A DNA stretch of 64,000 nucleotides from Bacteroidia bacterium (lineage in GTDB: Bacteria; Bacteroidota; Bacteroidia; B-17B0; Aurantibacillaceae), in contig DATMMV010000078.1 of assembly GCA_035569635.1 (NCBI GenBank), forward strand, positions 25,712 through 89,711, given 5' to 3'. The position numbers were made by a program, and so were the translations under genes. Positions 36,805 to 45,858 of this stretch are shown here, piece after piece (position 1 is the first letter of the stretch; the number at the start of each line of letters is the position of its first letter). The notes under the pieces are model-generated. The model was given only the letters and a program-made list of their open reading frames with translations. It made no database searches and was not told the origin of the DNA.

Positions 36805-37521
36805 ATGCCCAGCGAATCATTTATTTTTAAAAAGTTTACCGTTTTTCAGCATAAGTGCGCACATAAAGTTGGCACAGATGCTGTACTTATCGGGGCATGG
36901 GCACATGTAGAAAAAGCAAAATCTGTTTTAGATATTGGTACGGGCACCGGTATAATTGCGTTAATGATGGCACAAAAATCGCATGCAGAAATTGACGCGA
37001 TTGACATTGAACAAAGCTCGTATGAACAGGCACTGGAAAACGCATCTCATTCGGCCTGGCACAACCGCATAAAAGTGCATCGCACCGCTTTGCAGGATTT
37101 TATTAAAACACACACCCGGAAATACGATGTCATTATCAGCAATCCGCCTTATTTTGTGGATTCTTACAAGGCGCCCGACGAAGAAAGAAATCATGCGCGA
37201 CACAACGATACTTTGCCTTTTTTGGATTTGATAGAGGGTGTTAAGCACCTTCTCAGTCCCGACGGAAAATTTTATACCATACTTCCTACCAAAGAGGCAC
37301 TTGATTTTAAAACGATGGCTGAGAAAAAAGGCCTGTTTTTGGTAAAACGCCTGAGGGTAAAAACAAAATTACTCAACGATGCCGAAAAACGCCACCTGAT
37401 GCAGTTTTCTTTTAAATCGGGGCCGCTCTCTGATCACACCCTGAGTATTGAAAAAGGTAATCACCACGATTATACGGATGAATATAAATTATTAACAGGT
37501 GACTTTTATCTCCATTTTTAA
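36805..37521 (+). CDS. tRNA1(Val) (adenine37-N6)-methyltransferase-like SAM methyltransferase
   Basis: SAM-binding motif VLDIGTGTGIIALM and the NPPYF catalytic motif, with YfiC/TrmN6-like length. The ATG at 36805 is preferred over the TTG at 36793. Confidence 0.75.
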   Translation: MPSESFIFKKFTVFQHKCAHKVGTDAVLIGAWAHVEKAKSVLDIGTGTGIIALMMAQKSHAEIDAIDIEQSSYEQALENASHSAWHNRIKVHRTALQDFIKTHTRKYDVIISNPPYFVDSYKAPDEERNHARHNDTLPFLDLIEGVKHLLSPDGKFYTILPTKEALDFKTMAEKKGLFLVKRLRVKTKLLNDAEKRHLMQFSFKSGPLSDHTLSIEKGNHHDYTDEYKLLTGDFYLHF

Positions 37522-37557
37522 TTTTTCTTTGTACAAAATTAACTTAACCGAAAAAAT

Positions 37558-38148
37558 ATGAAAAAACTAATTCCGTTTTTAGCCCTTGCAATTTTAGTAA
37601 GTTCCTGCGGCAATAAAATGACTCTTTTAAAAAGGCATTATACCAAAGGGTATTATATGCATCACGGTAAACAAAGTGAAAAAATTGCTTCAACTAAAAC
37701 TACAAATATTGCAGCCGATAAAATGGCCCCTACTATTGTAAGTTTTATGAAGAATGAAAAAGCAACCGCGCCCGTTTTGAGCGCGAGTGCAAAAATTAAT
37801 AAAAAAGAAGAAAAAGTGACGCATAAACAAAGTTACCGTGCCGAACTTAATAAACATGTGGCTTTGCAAAATAATAAAATAAACCCTTCTGTTATTACCA
37901 CAGCAAAGGCAGTTGCATTCAAAAAAGAAAATGCAAGTCAACAACAAAAAAGATCCGGCGGAGACACCAACATTATTCTTCTGGTTATTCTTTCCCTGTT
38001 TCCGTTTATCTGTTTAATTGCTATGTACCTTCACGATGGCAAAAGCGTAACTTTGAATTTCTGGATTTGCCTCCTTTTACATTTAACCATTGTGTTATGG
38101 TTTATATTCGCTTTATTGGTGGATTTTGATGTAATCAACCTGGCCTGA
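37558..38148 (+). CDS. hypothetical lipoprotein with C-terminal TM helices
   Basis: 196 aa with a lipobox (ILVSSCGN), a low-complexity Lys-rich middle, and two C-terminal hydrophobic helices. Confidence 0.5.
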   Translation: MKKLIPFLALAILVSSCGNKMTLLKRHYTKGYYMHHGKQSEKIASTKTTNIAADKMAPTIVSFMKNEKATAPVLSASAKINKKEEKVTHKQSYRAELNKHVALQNNKINPSVITTAKAVAFKKENASQQQKRSGGDTNIILLVILSLFPFICLIAMYLHDGKSVTLNFWICLLLHLTIVLWFIFALLVDFDVINLA

Positions 38149-38169
38149 TAAAAGAAAATGAAATTAAAG

Positions 38170-38197
38170 AGTCACGCCAACGGCGTGACTTTTTTTA
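38170..38197. terminator. intrinsic terminator hairpin
   Basis: 9-bp stem AGTCACGCC / GGCGTGACT with a 3-nt loop and a T7 run, between convergent genes. Confidence 0.7.
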
Positions 38198-39670
38198 TTG
38201 TATAAATTCAGACATGCGTTTTAAAAGTAAAACGGAATTTGGTGCAAGTACTTTATGTTTTAAAGTATTTATTTTATTTTTTAATTCAGCCTGCGAAGAA
38301 ATAATTTTTTTATAGCCGGCAAAAAAGCGGTTAAACAAAACAAATAAATGATACAAATCTTTGTTCTCAAAATAGCTGCCTATATTTTTCTCTTTCAGTA
38401 TTTGTATAGTTTCATCCTGTTTTCCCGTTATGTGATTAAAACCCGCTTTTACAATTAGCGCTTCTTCATATGGCGTAATCAGGTTTTTATTTTTCTCTGC
38501 CCATTTAATGTATTGTTCAAACATTTTTTCGGCGTAAGAAATATTTTCAATTTTTATTTTCGGATAAGCGTACACGTACAGCATCATTTGCAACGTGTAC
38601 AAAAACGGTAATCTGTCGTTCTGATTATTTTTGCGCAAGACAGCAGCATACTCATCCAGTGTTTGTTTGGCATCGCTATAATGGCCTGCTGCAAGTTCAG
38701 CCCTGAACGCGTTGTAAAAAAATGATTCGGCTTTTGGTGAGTTATTATCACTGATAAATTTTTTCAATTCGCAGGATTCTTTATAAGCCTCTTCAAAATC
38801 AAGTTTGTTATACAGGTAAAACATCGAAATTTCTTTAAGATGAACCTCCTGGTAATATTCGTAATTAGGCGTGTAAAAAATCGTCATGTTGCCATGCGCC
38901 TGATAAATCTTTTTCAGTGCTGCATGGTGTTTTCCCAATACCTGCATTTTATCAATGTATTCGGCCGAGCCTAATTTATAGTACAAAGACAAGTGGTGGT
39001 AAATAAATTCAAAACGTGGGTACTTCGGATTGGTATCAGCCATTTTTTTAATAAAGCGCAACTCGCTTTTTGCGTGAGAAATTCCTTTCTCGTAGTTTAT
39101 CTCATAAACCTGCCTTACTTTTTTTAAAACCTGCAACACAGTCGCGTTTAATTTTACGGCTTCGTCGTAGCGTTTATAAATGGGCTTATTGTCTTCTACC
39201 CGGTTAAACGATTGGTTGCAAAAAATAAGCCGGTCGATAACACGCGGCAACAATTCAAAAATATTTTTTTTCCAGCATCTTTTTTCCAGTTCTTCCAATC
39301 TTTTATAGGCCAGTGTTTTTTCTCCTTTGTTAAATAATTCAATACACTCGCGCAGTTCCATTTCTTCATCAAGGCTGTGTGTTTGTGTCTTTGCTTCATT
39401 GTTTTCAGACAGCGTATCAATTAATTTTTTTCTCAGTTTAAAAAAACGGTTTTCTACGGTTTTATAATCGGCTGCGTTTAAATCAACGCCATAAACCTGT
39501 TGAATACAATTATGCGAACTGAAATTGACCTCTTTTTGCTTTTCCAAGAAATCAAGCAGTTTCAGCATCAGGGGCGCGTTCTTAAATTCGCTGTTCAGTT
39601 TCTGTTTTTGAAGTGCGGAAAGCTTTGAGAACTTCTCTTTAAGCAATATGTTGTGATTCTGTGAACTCAT
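38195..39670 (-). CDS. hypothetical cytoplasmic all-alpha protein (TPR-like)
   Basis: 491 aa with no signal peptide and helical, heptad-rich sequence. No family recognised. Confidence 0.55.
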   Translation of the reverse strand: MSSQNHNILLKEKFSKLSALQKQKLNSEFKNAPLMLKLLDFLEKQKEVNFSSHNCIQQVYGVDLNAADYKTVENRFFKLRKKLIDTLSENNEAKTQTHSLDEEMELRECIELFNKGEKTLAYKRLEELEKRCWKKNIFELLPRVIDRLIFCNQSFNRVEDNKPIYKRYDEAVKLNATVLQVLKKVRQVYEINYEKGISHAKSELRFIKKMADTNPKYPRFEFIYHHLSLYYKLGSAEYIDKMQVLGKHHAALKKIYQAHGNMTIFYTPNYEYYQEVHLKEISMFYLYNKLDFEEAYKESCELKKFISDNNSPKAESFFYNAFRAELAAGHYSDAKQTLDEYAAVLRKNNQNDRLPFLYTLQMMLYVYAYPKIKIENISYAEKMFEQYIKWAEKNKNLITPYEEALIVKAGFNHITGKQDETIQILKEKNIGSYFENKDLYHLFVLFNRFFAGYKKIISSQAELKNKINTLKHKVLAPNSVLLLKRMSEFIQ

Positions 39671-39822
39671 ATTCTTTTTATTGAAACACCCAATGATAAA
39701 GGGGCTTTTTGTTTTTTTATAACGGCCTGCATTTACATGCGTGCGGGCAGTTTCAAAAACAATGCCAAAGCAATTAACTTCAAATTTGTAGTGAATTTAA
39801 AAACAATTTAAAACACCATACT

Positions 39823-40554
39823 ATGAAAACAAAACTATTTAAAAGATTATGCAAATTGTCTGTGCTGATTCCCGCTTTCAACTTTGCACAAGACCTTGCT
39901 CCGGGAATGAATGTAAGTTATACCCCACCTACGGGTTGCAATAACCAGGTTAACAGCATTAGTGTCGACATTTGCAATAATGACCAAAACGTTGCAGCTA
40001 TCGGACCGTTTATTGTGTCAATGTATTTATACGACAGCGGTTCGGGAAGTCATTGGTGTATCGCCAGCGTTAGTATTAACAGTGTATCCGCCGCGGCCTG
40101 CCTGCCAATAACCAACTGGAACATTGATATTTCACAGGCGCCTTCAGTTCCTCCTGCCGGTAATTACAAATTGGGTGTATGGGTTGATACAGCAAACAAC
40201 GTTGCCGAAACGAACGAAACAAACAATACAGGCCTTTTATCTTCTTCGGCAGATATTCAGGTTTGTGCTGCTAACGCCATAAAAGTATACGATGCCGATA
40301 AATATATTTCGGTTTTCCCGGTGCCGGCCACTAACGATGTATTTATAAAATTAGTTACCGACAAAGAAGAAGTAACGATTATCGGGATTTATGATATCTC
40401 AGGCAAACTTGTTCAAACAATTTCTAAGGAAAAATTAGTGACGGGAAACCATCTTTTGCAAACCGATGTAAGCGGAATGGAGAACGGAATTTATTTTGTG
40501 AAAATAAAAACCGGCTCAAAATGCTTTAGCAAAAAATTTGTTATAAGCAGGTAG
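39823..40554 (+). CDS. small secreted protein with a CARDB-like domain and T9SS type-A CTD
   Basis: 243 aa with a signal peptide, ETNETNNT (the CARDB hallmark E.NE.NN), and the C-terminus VFPVPATNDVFIKL...NGIYFVKIKTGSKCFSKKFVISR. Confidence 0.65.
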   Translation: MKTKLFKRLCKLSVLIPAFNFAQDLAPGMNVSYTPPTGCNNQVNSISVDICNNDQNVAAIGPFIVSMYLYDSGSGSHWCIASVSINSVSAAACLPITNWNIDISQAPSVPPAGNYKLGVWVDTANNVAETNETNNTGLLSSSADIQVCAANAIKVYDADKYISVFPVPATNDVFIKLVTDKEEVTIIGIYDISGKLVQTISKEKLVTGNHLLQTDVSGMENGIYFVKIKTGSKCFSKKFVISR

Positions 40555-40635
40555 CTGATCTCACCCTGAATCCTTCTTGTTCAGGAGAAGGATTTGTGGA
40601 AAAGAGGGGACTTTCACGGTGCCCCTTTTTTTATT

Positions 40636-40643
40636 TATATTTG
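40636..40643 (+). promoter_or_regulatory. -7 box TATATTTG
   Basis: Exact motif 20 nt upstream of the ATG at 40663, inside the track's N-terminal extension. Confidence 0.45.
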
Positions 40644-40662
40644 CCACTTAAATGTAACGCAT

Positions 40663-41841
40663 ATGGCATCCGATAATTTTCATTTTCACGACTTATTTTT
40701 AGTGGAAGAACTTTTAACCGAAGAGCACCGCCTCATCCGCGAAACGGTCCGTGCCTGGGTAAAAAAAGAAGTAACTCCCATCGTTGAAGAAGCTTGCCAA
40801 ACCTGTGTGTTCCCCAAGCAATGGATTAAAGGCCTTGCTGAAATAGGCGCTTTCGGGCCATATATTCCTGCCGAATATGGCGGACCGGGTTTAGACCAGA
40901 TTTCTTACGGAATTATTATGCAGGAATTGGAGCGTGGCGACAGCGGATTGCGATCAACCGCGTCTGTACAAAGTTCATTAGTCATGTATCCTATCTATGC
41001 TTACGGAACAGAAGAGCAAAAGAAAAAATATTTACCCAAACTCGCCACCGGTGATTTAATGGGTTGCTTTGGTTTAACAGAACCCGATCATGGTTCAAAT
41101 CCGAGCGGAATGATCAGCAATTTTAAAGATAAAGGCGACCACTTACTTCTTAACGGCGCGAAAATGTGGATCAGTAACGCGCCTTTTGCTGATATCGCTG
41201 TTGTGTGGGCAAAGGATGAAGCCGGAGAAATCCGCGGATTAATTGTTGAACGTGGTATGCCCGGATTCACCACTCCCGAAACACATGGTAAATGGAGTTT
41301 ACGCGCAAGTGCTACCGGAGAATTAGTTTTTGATAATGTAAAAGTTCCTAAAGAAAATTTATTCCCTACTATTAAAGGATTAAAAGGCCCGTTAGGTTGC
41401 TTAAACTCCGCACGCTACGGTATCGCATGGGGTGCTATCGGCGCTGCTTTAGATTGTTACGACAGCGCTTTGCGTTATAGCCAGGAGCGTGAGCAATTTG
41501 GTAAACCAATCGGGGCATTTCAGTTAACGCAAAAAAAATTGGCGGAGATGATTACTGAAATTACGAAAGCACAGGTATTAACCTGGAGACTTGGAGTTTT
41601 GAAAAACGAAGGCCGCGTTACCCCTCAACAAATTTCTATGGCCAAACGTAACAATGTAAACATGGCTTTGCAAATCGCGCGCGAGGCACGTCAGATTCAT
41701 GGTGGTATGGGCATCACAGGCGAATACCCGATTATGCGCCACATGATGAACTTAGAAAGTGTAATCACCTACGAAGGAACGCACGACATTCATTTACTCA
41801 TTACCGGACAACAGGTTACAGGCTTTAATGCATTCAATTAA
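40663..41841 (+). CDS. acyl-CoA dehydrogenase (glutaryl-CoA dehydrogenase-like)
   Basis: GLTEPDHGSNPSGM, MWISNAPFADIAVVWA and QIHGGMGITGEY motifs. The start is moved from the TTG-type ORF start at 40594 to the ATG at 40663, downstream of the TAtaTTTG box at 40636..40643. Confidence 0.9.
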   Translation: MASDNFHFHDLFLVEELLTEEHRLIRETVRAWVKKEVTPIVEEACQTCVFPKQWIKGLAEIGAFGPYIPAEYGGPGLDQISYGIIMQELERGDSGLRSTASVQSSLVMYPIYAYGTEEQKKKYLPKLATGDLMGCFGLTEPDHGSNPSGMISNFKDKGDHLLLNGAKMWISNAPFADIAVVWAKDEAGEIRGLIVERGMPGFTTPETHGKWSLRASATGELVFDNVKVPKENLFPTIKGLKGPLGCLNSARYGIAWGAIGAALDCYDSALRYSQEREQFGKPIGAFQLTQKKLAEMITEITKAQVLTWRLGVLKNEGRVTPQQISMAKRNNVNMALQIAREARQIHGGMGITGEYPIMRHMMNLESVITYEGTHDIHLLITGQQVTGFNAFN

Positions 41842-41844
41842 TTT

Positions 41845-42019
41845 GGGCGTTTCCCCACATTAGTAATTTTCCTTCAATTTTAAATTTTGGTGGGGCCGGG
41901 CTTTCGGCACTCGCTTTTTTGCATACTGTCAGTTCGAGCGGAGTCGAAAACCTTGAATTATACTTTTTAAATTTATACTCTGCAAAAAGAGCTCAAACAA
42001 AGCCTCAATCCCTAACGCA
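41845..42019 (+). repeat. composite REP-like element with a nested insertion
   Basis: The outer element is GGGCGTTTCCCCAC...GTGGGGCCGGGCTTTCGGCACTCGCTTTTTTGCA // TGCAAAAAGAGCTCAAACAAAGCCTCAATCCCTAACGC. It is split by TACTGTCAGTTCGAGCGGAGTCGAAAACC..., a second recognisable module. Confidence 0.6.
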
Positions 42020-42028
42020 AAATATTTG

Positions 42029-42036
42029 TAAATTTG
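42029..42036 (+). promoter_or_regulatory. -7 box TAAATTTG (msrB)
   Basis: Exact motif 45 nt upstream of the ATG at 42081. Confidence 0.4.
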
Positions 42037-42080
42037 TTGTAAGGCTTTAACTGTTTGCCCGTCTATTATTAAAAAGAGCC

Positions 42081-42632
42081 ATGAAATCAAAGATTCACAA
42101 ATACCTGAGTGTTAAAAATATCACTATTCGTAAGACTTTTCTAATCCTGCCAATCTTACTCATTACTGCGGTAACTGCAAGTTGCCAAACAAGTACAACA
42201 AAACCAAACCCTCAAAACAAAAAAATTATGGATACCAATAAAATTGTAAAAACCGAAGAGCAGTGGAAAAAAGAATTAACACCCGAACAATACCACGTAT
42301 TACGCGAAAAAGGAACCGAAGCTGCTTATACAGGCGAATACACGAACACCACTAAAAAAGGAAAATATGTTTGCGCTGGTTGTGGTACCCTGCTTTTTAC
42401 CTCGGACATGAAATTTGAAAGTCATTGTGGCTGGCCCAGTTTTGATAATGATTTGGGTGGCGACCGTGTAATTAAAAAACCCGACAACACTTTTGGCATG
42501 CAGCGCACCGAAATTTTATGTGCTAAATGCGGCGGGCATCTCGGGCATATTTTTGATGATGGCCCGACTGCGACGGGGAATCGTTATTGCGTGAATTCTG
42601 TTTCCATTAAGTTTATTCCGGATGAGAAATAA
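42081..42632 (+). CDS. msrB: peptide-methionine (R)-S-oxide reductase
   Basis: CAGCGTLLF...CGWPSF...CAKCGGHLGHIFDDGP motifs. The N-terminal 40 aa form a lipoprotein-type signal (TAVTASC). A cytoplasmic form starting at the internal MDTNK is also possible. Confidence 0.9.
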   Translation: MKSKIHKYLSVKNITIRKTFLILPILLITAVTASCQTSTTKPNPQNKKIMDTNKIVKTEEQWKKELTPEQYHVLREKGTEAAYTGEYTNTTKKGKYVCAGCGTLLFTSDMKFESHCGWPSFDNDLGGDRVIKKPDNTFGMQRTEILCAKCGGHLGHIFDDGPTATGNRYCVNSVSIKFIPDEK

Positions 42633-42641
42633 AATGTTGTT

Positions 42642-42680
42642 TGTCATTCCGACACCCGAAGGGGCTGTTTACGAGGAATC
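42642..42680 (+). repeat. TGTCATTCCGAC...GAGGAATC module
   Basis: TGTCATTCCGACACCCGAAGGGGCTGTTTACGAGGAATC. From memory, words of this type recur in intergenic regions of many Bacteroidota genomes. Confidence 0.5.
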
Positions 42681-42720
42681 CGGCTGTTTTTTTAGTTTGT
42701 AAAATAAGAAACAGCCGGAT
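42678..42720. terminator. long hairpin between convergent msrB and amidohydrolase genes
   Basis: Perfect 12-bp stem ATCCGGCTGTTT / AAACAGCCGGAT with a 19-nt loop and T-rich flanks. It is embedded in a repeat element. Confidence 0.55.
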
Positions 42721-42772
42721 GCTTCATGAATCACGCAGCTAAAGCCGATTCAGCATAACAAAGTTGAAAAGA

Positions 42773-43921
42773 TCAGAAGATTTTCGTTACGGTTTTTAAA
42801 TCGGGGCTTATCAGATTCAACCCGGGTTTTTTATTTTTTTCAATACTGCCAAAAGTATTTTCTATACCTAAAAATTTTGCACCATTCAGTGTTGCCCATT
42901 TTAAGATTTCCTGTAATTCAATTTTCGGGAAATGTTTTTGAATGACTTTTATCTCATCTAAAATACTCAGACTCCAATTACTTGCGTAACTATCAGTACC
43001 TAAAGTAATGTTGCAGTTGTTTTGCAAGAATAAATTTATATCAGGCAATTTATTTTCTATATACAGGTTCGCGTTCGGGCAAAAACACCAGAATAGATTT
43101 TTGTTGTAATTATTCGCGAAAGAAATATCTTCGGCGGATGTAAACGTATTGTGTACTAAAAGCAATTTGTTGTTTGAGGGAAGTTGAGGTAAAGTATATT
43201 GCAAACTTGATTTTCCGGGAGCATTCCAGTTAGAAGTATCGATGCCAAAATAATTCAGCCGTTCTAAAATACTTCCTTTCTTCTCTTTAAAAAATAAATT
43301 TTCGTCAGCTGTCTCTTGGTTGTGTATAGTAAGAACAGAATGGTTTTTCTCAGCATATTCACTGAGCAAGGCCAAAAGTTTTTCAGAAGCGGAGTAAGGG
43401 GCGTGAGAAATAACGGAGGAGTTTTTTTTGGTACTTAACTCATCCTGCAATTTCAACCCTTTTTCAAAAGCGGCTTCGGCGCGACTTTCGTCAAAAGCAT
43501 AAACCTCAATAAAGTTGTGATAGTAAATTTCAGAGAAATTTTTAAAAGAAAAGGAATTTGAAGTGTTACAAATATCTCCAACGGCAACGATTCCGTTTTT
43601 ATGCATCTCCGCATCCGCATCTTTTATTCCTTGCAAAATTTCGTCGCCGCCGGGCTTTTTTAATTTTTCAACTTCCTTAATAAAATGATGTAAACCTCCG
43701 CCGGTTTCAATTTTTCCTTTCATGTAAGAAAGTTCAAGGTGACAGTGTGTGTCTACAAATCCCGGGCAAATAAATCCTTCGTATCGTTCAATTTTCATGG
43801 AATCAATAGTTTCTTCGTTCACTAAATCCAAAATACTACCCTCATCATCCACAATAAGCACAGTTTTTTCAAGCGGCCCGGAGTTAATGCTAAATATTTT
43901 TTCGGCAGTAATAAAACGCAT
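42773..43921 (-). CDS. amidohydrolase family protein (metal-dependent hydrolase/deaminase)
   Basis: GFVDTHCHLELS metal-binding motif and an ...LGTDS... aspartate region. The ATG at 43921 (MRFITAEKIF) is preferred over 43957. Confidence 0.75.
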   Translation of the reverse strand: MRFITAEKIFSINSGPLEKTVLIVDDEGSILDLVNEETIDSMKIERYEGFICPGFVDTHCHLELSYMKGKIETGGGLHHFIKEVEKLKKPGGDEILQGIKDADAEMHKNGIVAVGDICNTSNSFSFKNFSEIYYHNFIEVYAFDESRAEAAFEKGLKLQDELSTKKNSSVISHAPYSASEKLLALLSEYAEKNHSVLTIHNQETADENLFFKEKKGSILERLNYFGIDTSNWNAPGKSSLQYTLPQLPSNNKLLLVHNTFTSAEDISFANNYNKNLFWCFCPNANLYIENKLPDINLFLQNNCNITLGTDSYASNWSLSILDEIKVIQKHFPKIELQEILKWATLNGAKFLGIENTFGSIEKNKKPGLNLISPDLKTVTKIF

Positions 43922-43943
43922 AGCTTCAAAAATACAATAAAGC

Positions 43944-44047
43944 CACAGATTGCACATATTTCACCGATAAAATAATTCGTGCTTATCTCCGGAATCTGTA
44001 ACATTGGCTGTTTCAATTAAAAATCTGAGTAATCCGCGTAATCTGTG
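43944..44047. repeat. CACAGAT-type word cluster in a divergent promoter region
   Basis: CACAGAT at 43944, with ATCTGT at 43994, ATCTGA at 44023, ATCCGCG at 44032 and ATCTGTG at 44041. Confidence 0.65.
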
Positions 44048-44067
44048 GCAAACCGGGCTAATCTAAC

Positions 44068-44075
44068 TATCTTTG
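44068..44075 (+). promoter_or_regulatory. -7 box TATCTTTG (rlmN)
   Basis: Exact motif 5 nt upstream of the ATG at 44080. Confidence 0.45.
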
Positions 44076-44079
44076 CACC

Positions 44080-45141
44080 ATGCTTAAAAAGCAAGATATA
44101 CGCGCCTTAACAAAAGAAGACATCGCTGCTTTCTTAAAAGAAAACGGGCAAGCAGCCTTTCGCGCCAAACAAGTGTGGGAATGGCTTTGGCAAAAAAGCG
44201 CACGTAGTTTTGACGAAATGAGTAATCTCTCAAAAGATTTACGTTTATTACTCAATGAACATTTTGCAATTAACACCGTAAGTATTGATGACATACAAGT
44301 CAGCGGCGACCGCACTATAAAATGCGCTATGAAATTGTTTGATGACAAAGTAGTAGAGAGTGTTTTAATTCCAACCACTTCGCGCATGACCGTTTGCATA
44401 TCTACACAAGTGGGATGTAGTTTAACCTGTAAATTTTGCGCAACGGGAAGATTGGAACGCTTACGCAATTTATCTGCCGGAGAAATTTACGACCAGGTAG
44501 TTTTGGTAAATAAACTTGCAACTGAAAAATACAATCAGCATTTATCAAATATTGTGTACATGGGTATGGGCGAGCCTTTACTGAATTATACGGAAACCAT
44601 TCGTTCGGTTGACAGGATCTGTTCTCCCGACGGATTAAATATGAGTCCGCAACGAATTACTGTTTCAACAGCAGGCATTGCCAAAATGATAAAAAAACTG
44701 GGTGATGATAAAGTAAAATTTAATCTGGCGCTTTCTCTTCATGCGGCGAATGATGCCAAGCGTAACAAGATCATGCCCATTAACGAAAGTAATTCGCTTG
44801 AAAACTTAGCGGAAGCATTAAATTATTTTTACGAGAAAACAGGAACGCGCGTAACTTTTGAATACATCGCCTTTAAAGATTTTAACGACTCAATTGCTGA
44901 TGCCGATGAACTCGCCGCATTTTGTAAAAAAGTTCCTGCCAAAGTAAATATCATTGAATACAATCCGATTGATAAAGGAGAGTTTATGCAAACTACCTTA
45001 GAACGTTTAATGGCCTTTAAAGACCGTTTGGAGCAAAAAGGAATTATTGTAAACATACGCCGTAGTCGTGGTAAAGACATTGATGCTGCTTGCGGGCAAT
45101 TGGCTAATAAGAATAAGTCTACTAAACCAATTTTAAAATGA
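44080..45141 (+). CDS. rlmN: 23S rRNA/tRNA (adenine-C2)-methyltransferase, radical SAM
   Basis: 353 aa with the CSLTCKFCATG radical-SAM cluster motif, GMGEPL and C-terminal DIDAACGQL. A TAtcTTTG box lies at 44068..44075. Confidence 0.92.
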   Translation: MLKKQDIRALTKEDIAAFLKENGQAAFRAKQVWEWLWQKSARSFDEMSNLSKDLRLLLNEHFAINTVSIDDIQVSGDRTIKCAMKLFDDKVVESVLIPTTSRMTVCISTQVGCSLTCKFCATGRLERLRNLSAGEIYDQVVLVNKLATEKYNQHLSNIVYMGMGEPLLNYTETIRSVDRICSPDGLNMSPQRITVSTAGIAKMIKKLGDDKVKFNLALSLHAANDAKRNKIMPINESNSLENLAEALNYFYEKTGTRVTFEYIAFKDFNDSIADADELAAFCKKVPAKVNIIEYNPIDKGEFMQTTLERLMAFKDRLEQKGIIVNIRRSRGKDIDAACGQLANKNKSTKPILK

Positions 45142-45800
45142 GGAAGGTATCAAAATATTTTTTGACTCTTATTTACTTTCCTTTTTCTTTCTCATTTGCG
45201 CAAAATGCGGATAGTCTTATTTCTCTTGCTTCAAAAATGAAAGCCGATACGAATAAAGTAAATATGTTTGTCAAAATAGCCCGATCCTTTTATACAGTAA
45301 AAAATAATCGGGATTTTTACAAAACAGTAGATTATGGAAAACTTGCAAGAGAACTTTCAAAAAAATTAGGGTTTAAGGCCGGAGAAGCGAAAGGCCTCAA
45401 TAGTATAACTGTTGGATATGCCTGTAAAAATGAGCCGCAGAAAGCGTTATTGTACCTTGACACCGCCCTGAAATGCATCAATGATAAGGGGAATAAAACA
45501 ATACTCATGAATATCTATGTTAATAGGGGACTTGTGTATGACACATTAATGATGCACAAAGAATCAATAAAAAACTATGAAAAAGCAGTTAAATATGCAA
45601 AAGAAGTAAAGGACTACGAAGTGTTATTTGGGTTGTATTATTCATTGGGCAGGGTGTATGCGAAATTTAATAAAGTAAATGAGAAAAACGGAGTCCCAGA
45701 AAAGGTAAAGATGAAGGAAACTTTTGAATATTTTGATCTGAGTCAGGGGATACGGCAAAAGCATAAAGTATCCGGGCGTCCTTCCACATATCAAGGATAG
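45138..45800 (+). CDS. hypothetical secreted TPR-like protein
   Basis: 220 aa with a signal peptide (FSFSFAQ). Its start overlaps the rlmN stop (ATGA). Confidence 0.5.
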   Translation: MRKVSKYFLTLIYFPFSFSFAQNADSLISLASKMKADTNKVNMFVKIARSFYTVKNNRDFYKTVDYGKLARELSKKLGFKAGEAKGLNSITVGYACKNEPQKALLYLDTALKCINDKGNKTILMNIYVNRGLVYDTLMMHKESIKNYEKAVKYAKEVKDYEVLFGLYYSLGRVYAKFNKVNEKNGVPEKVKMKETFEYFDLSQGIRQKHKVSGRPSTYQG

Positions 45801-45858
45801 CAATTTATTATTGCTAAGTTTCTAATTAATTCGCACTTTTACCCTCCTAATTATACTC

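Noticed and set aside
40594-40662. 23-codon extension of the acyl-CoA dehydrogenase ORF.
   Set aside because: It starts at a non-ATG codon and contains the terminator-like T-run of the upstream gene as well as the -7 box. The conserved protein begins at MASDNFHF.
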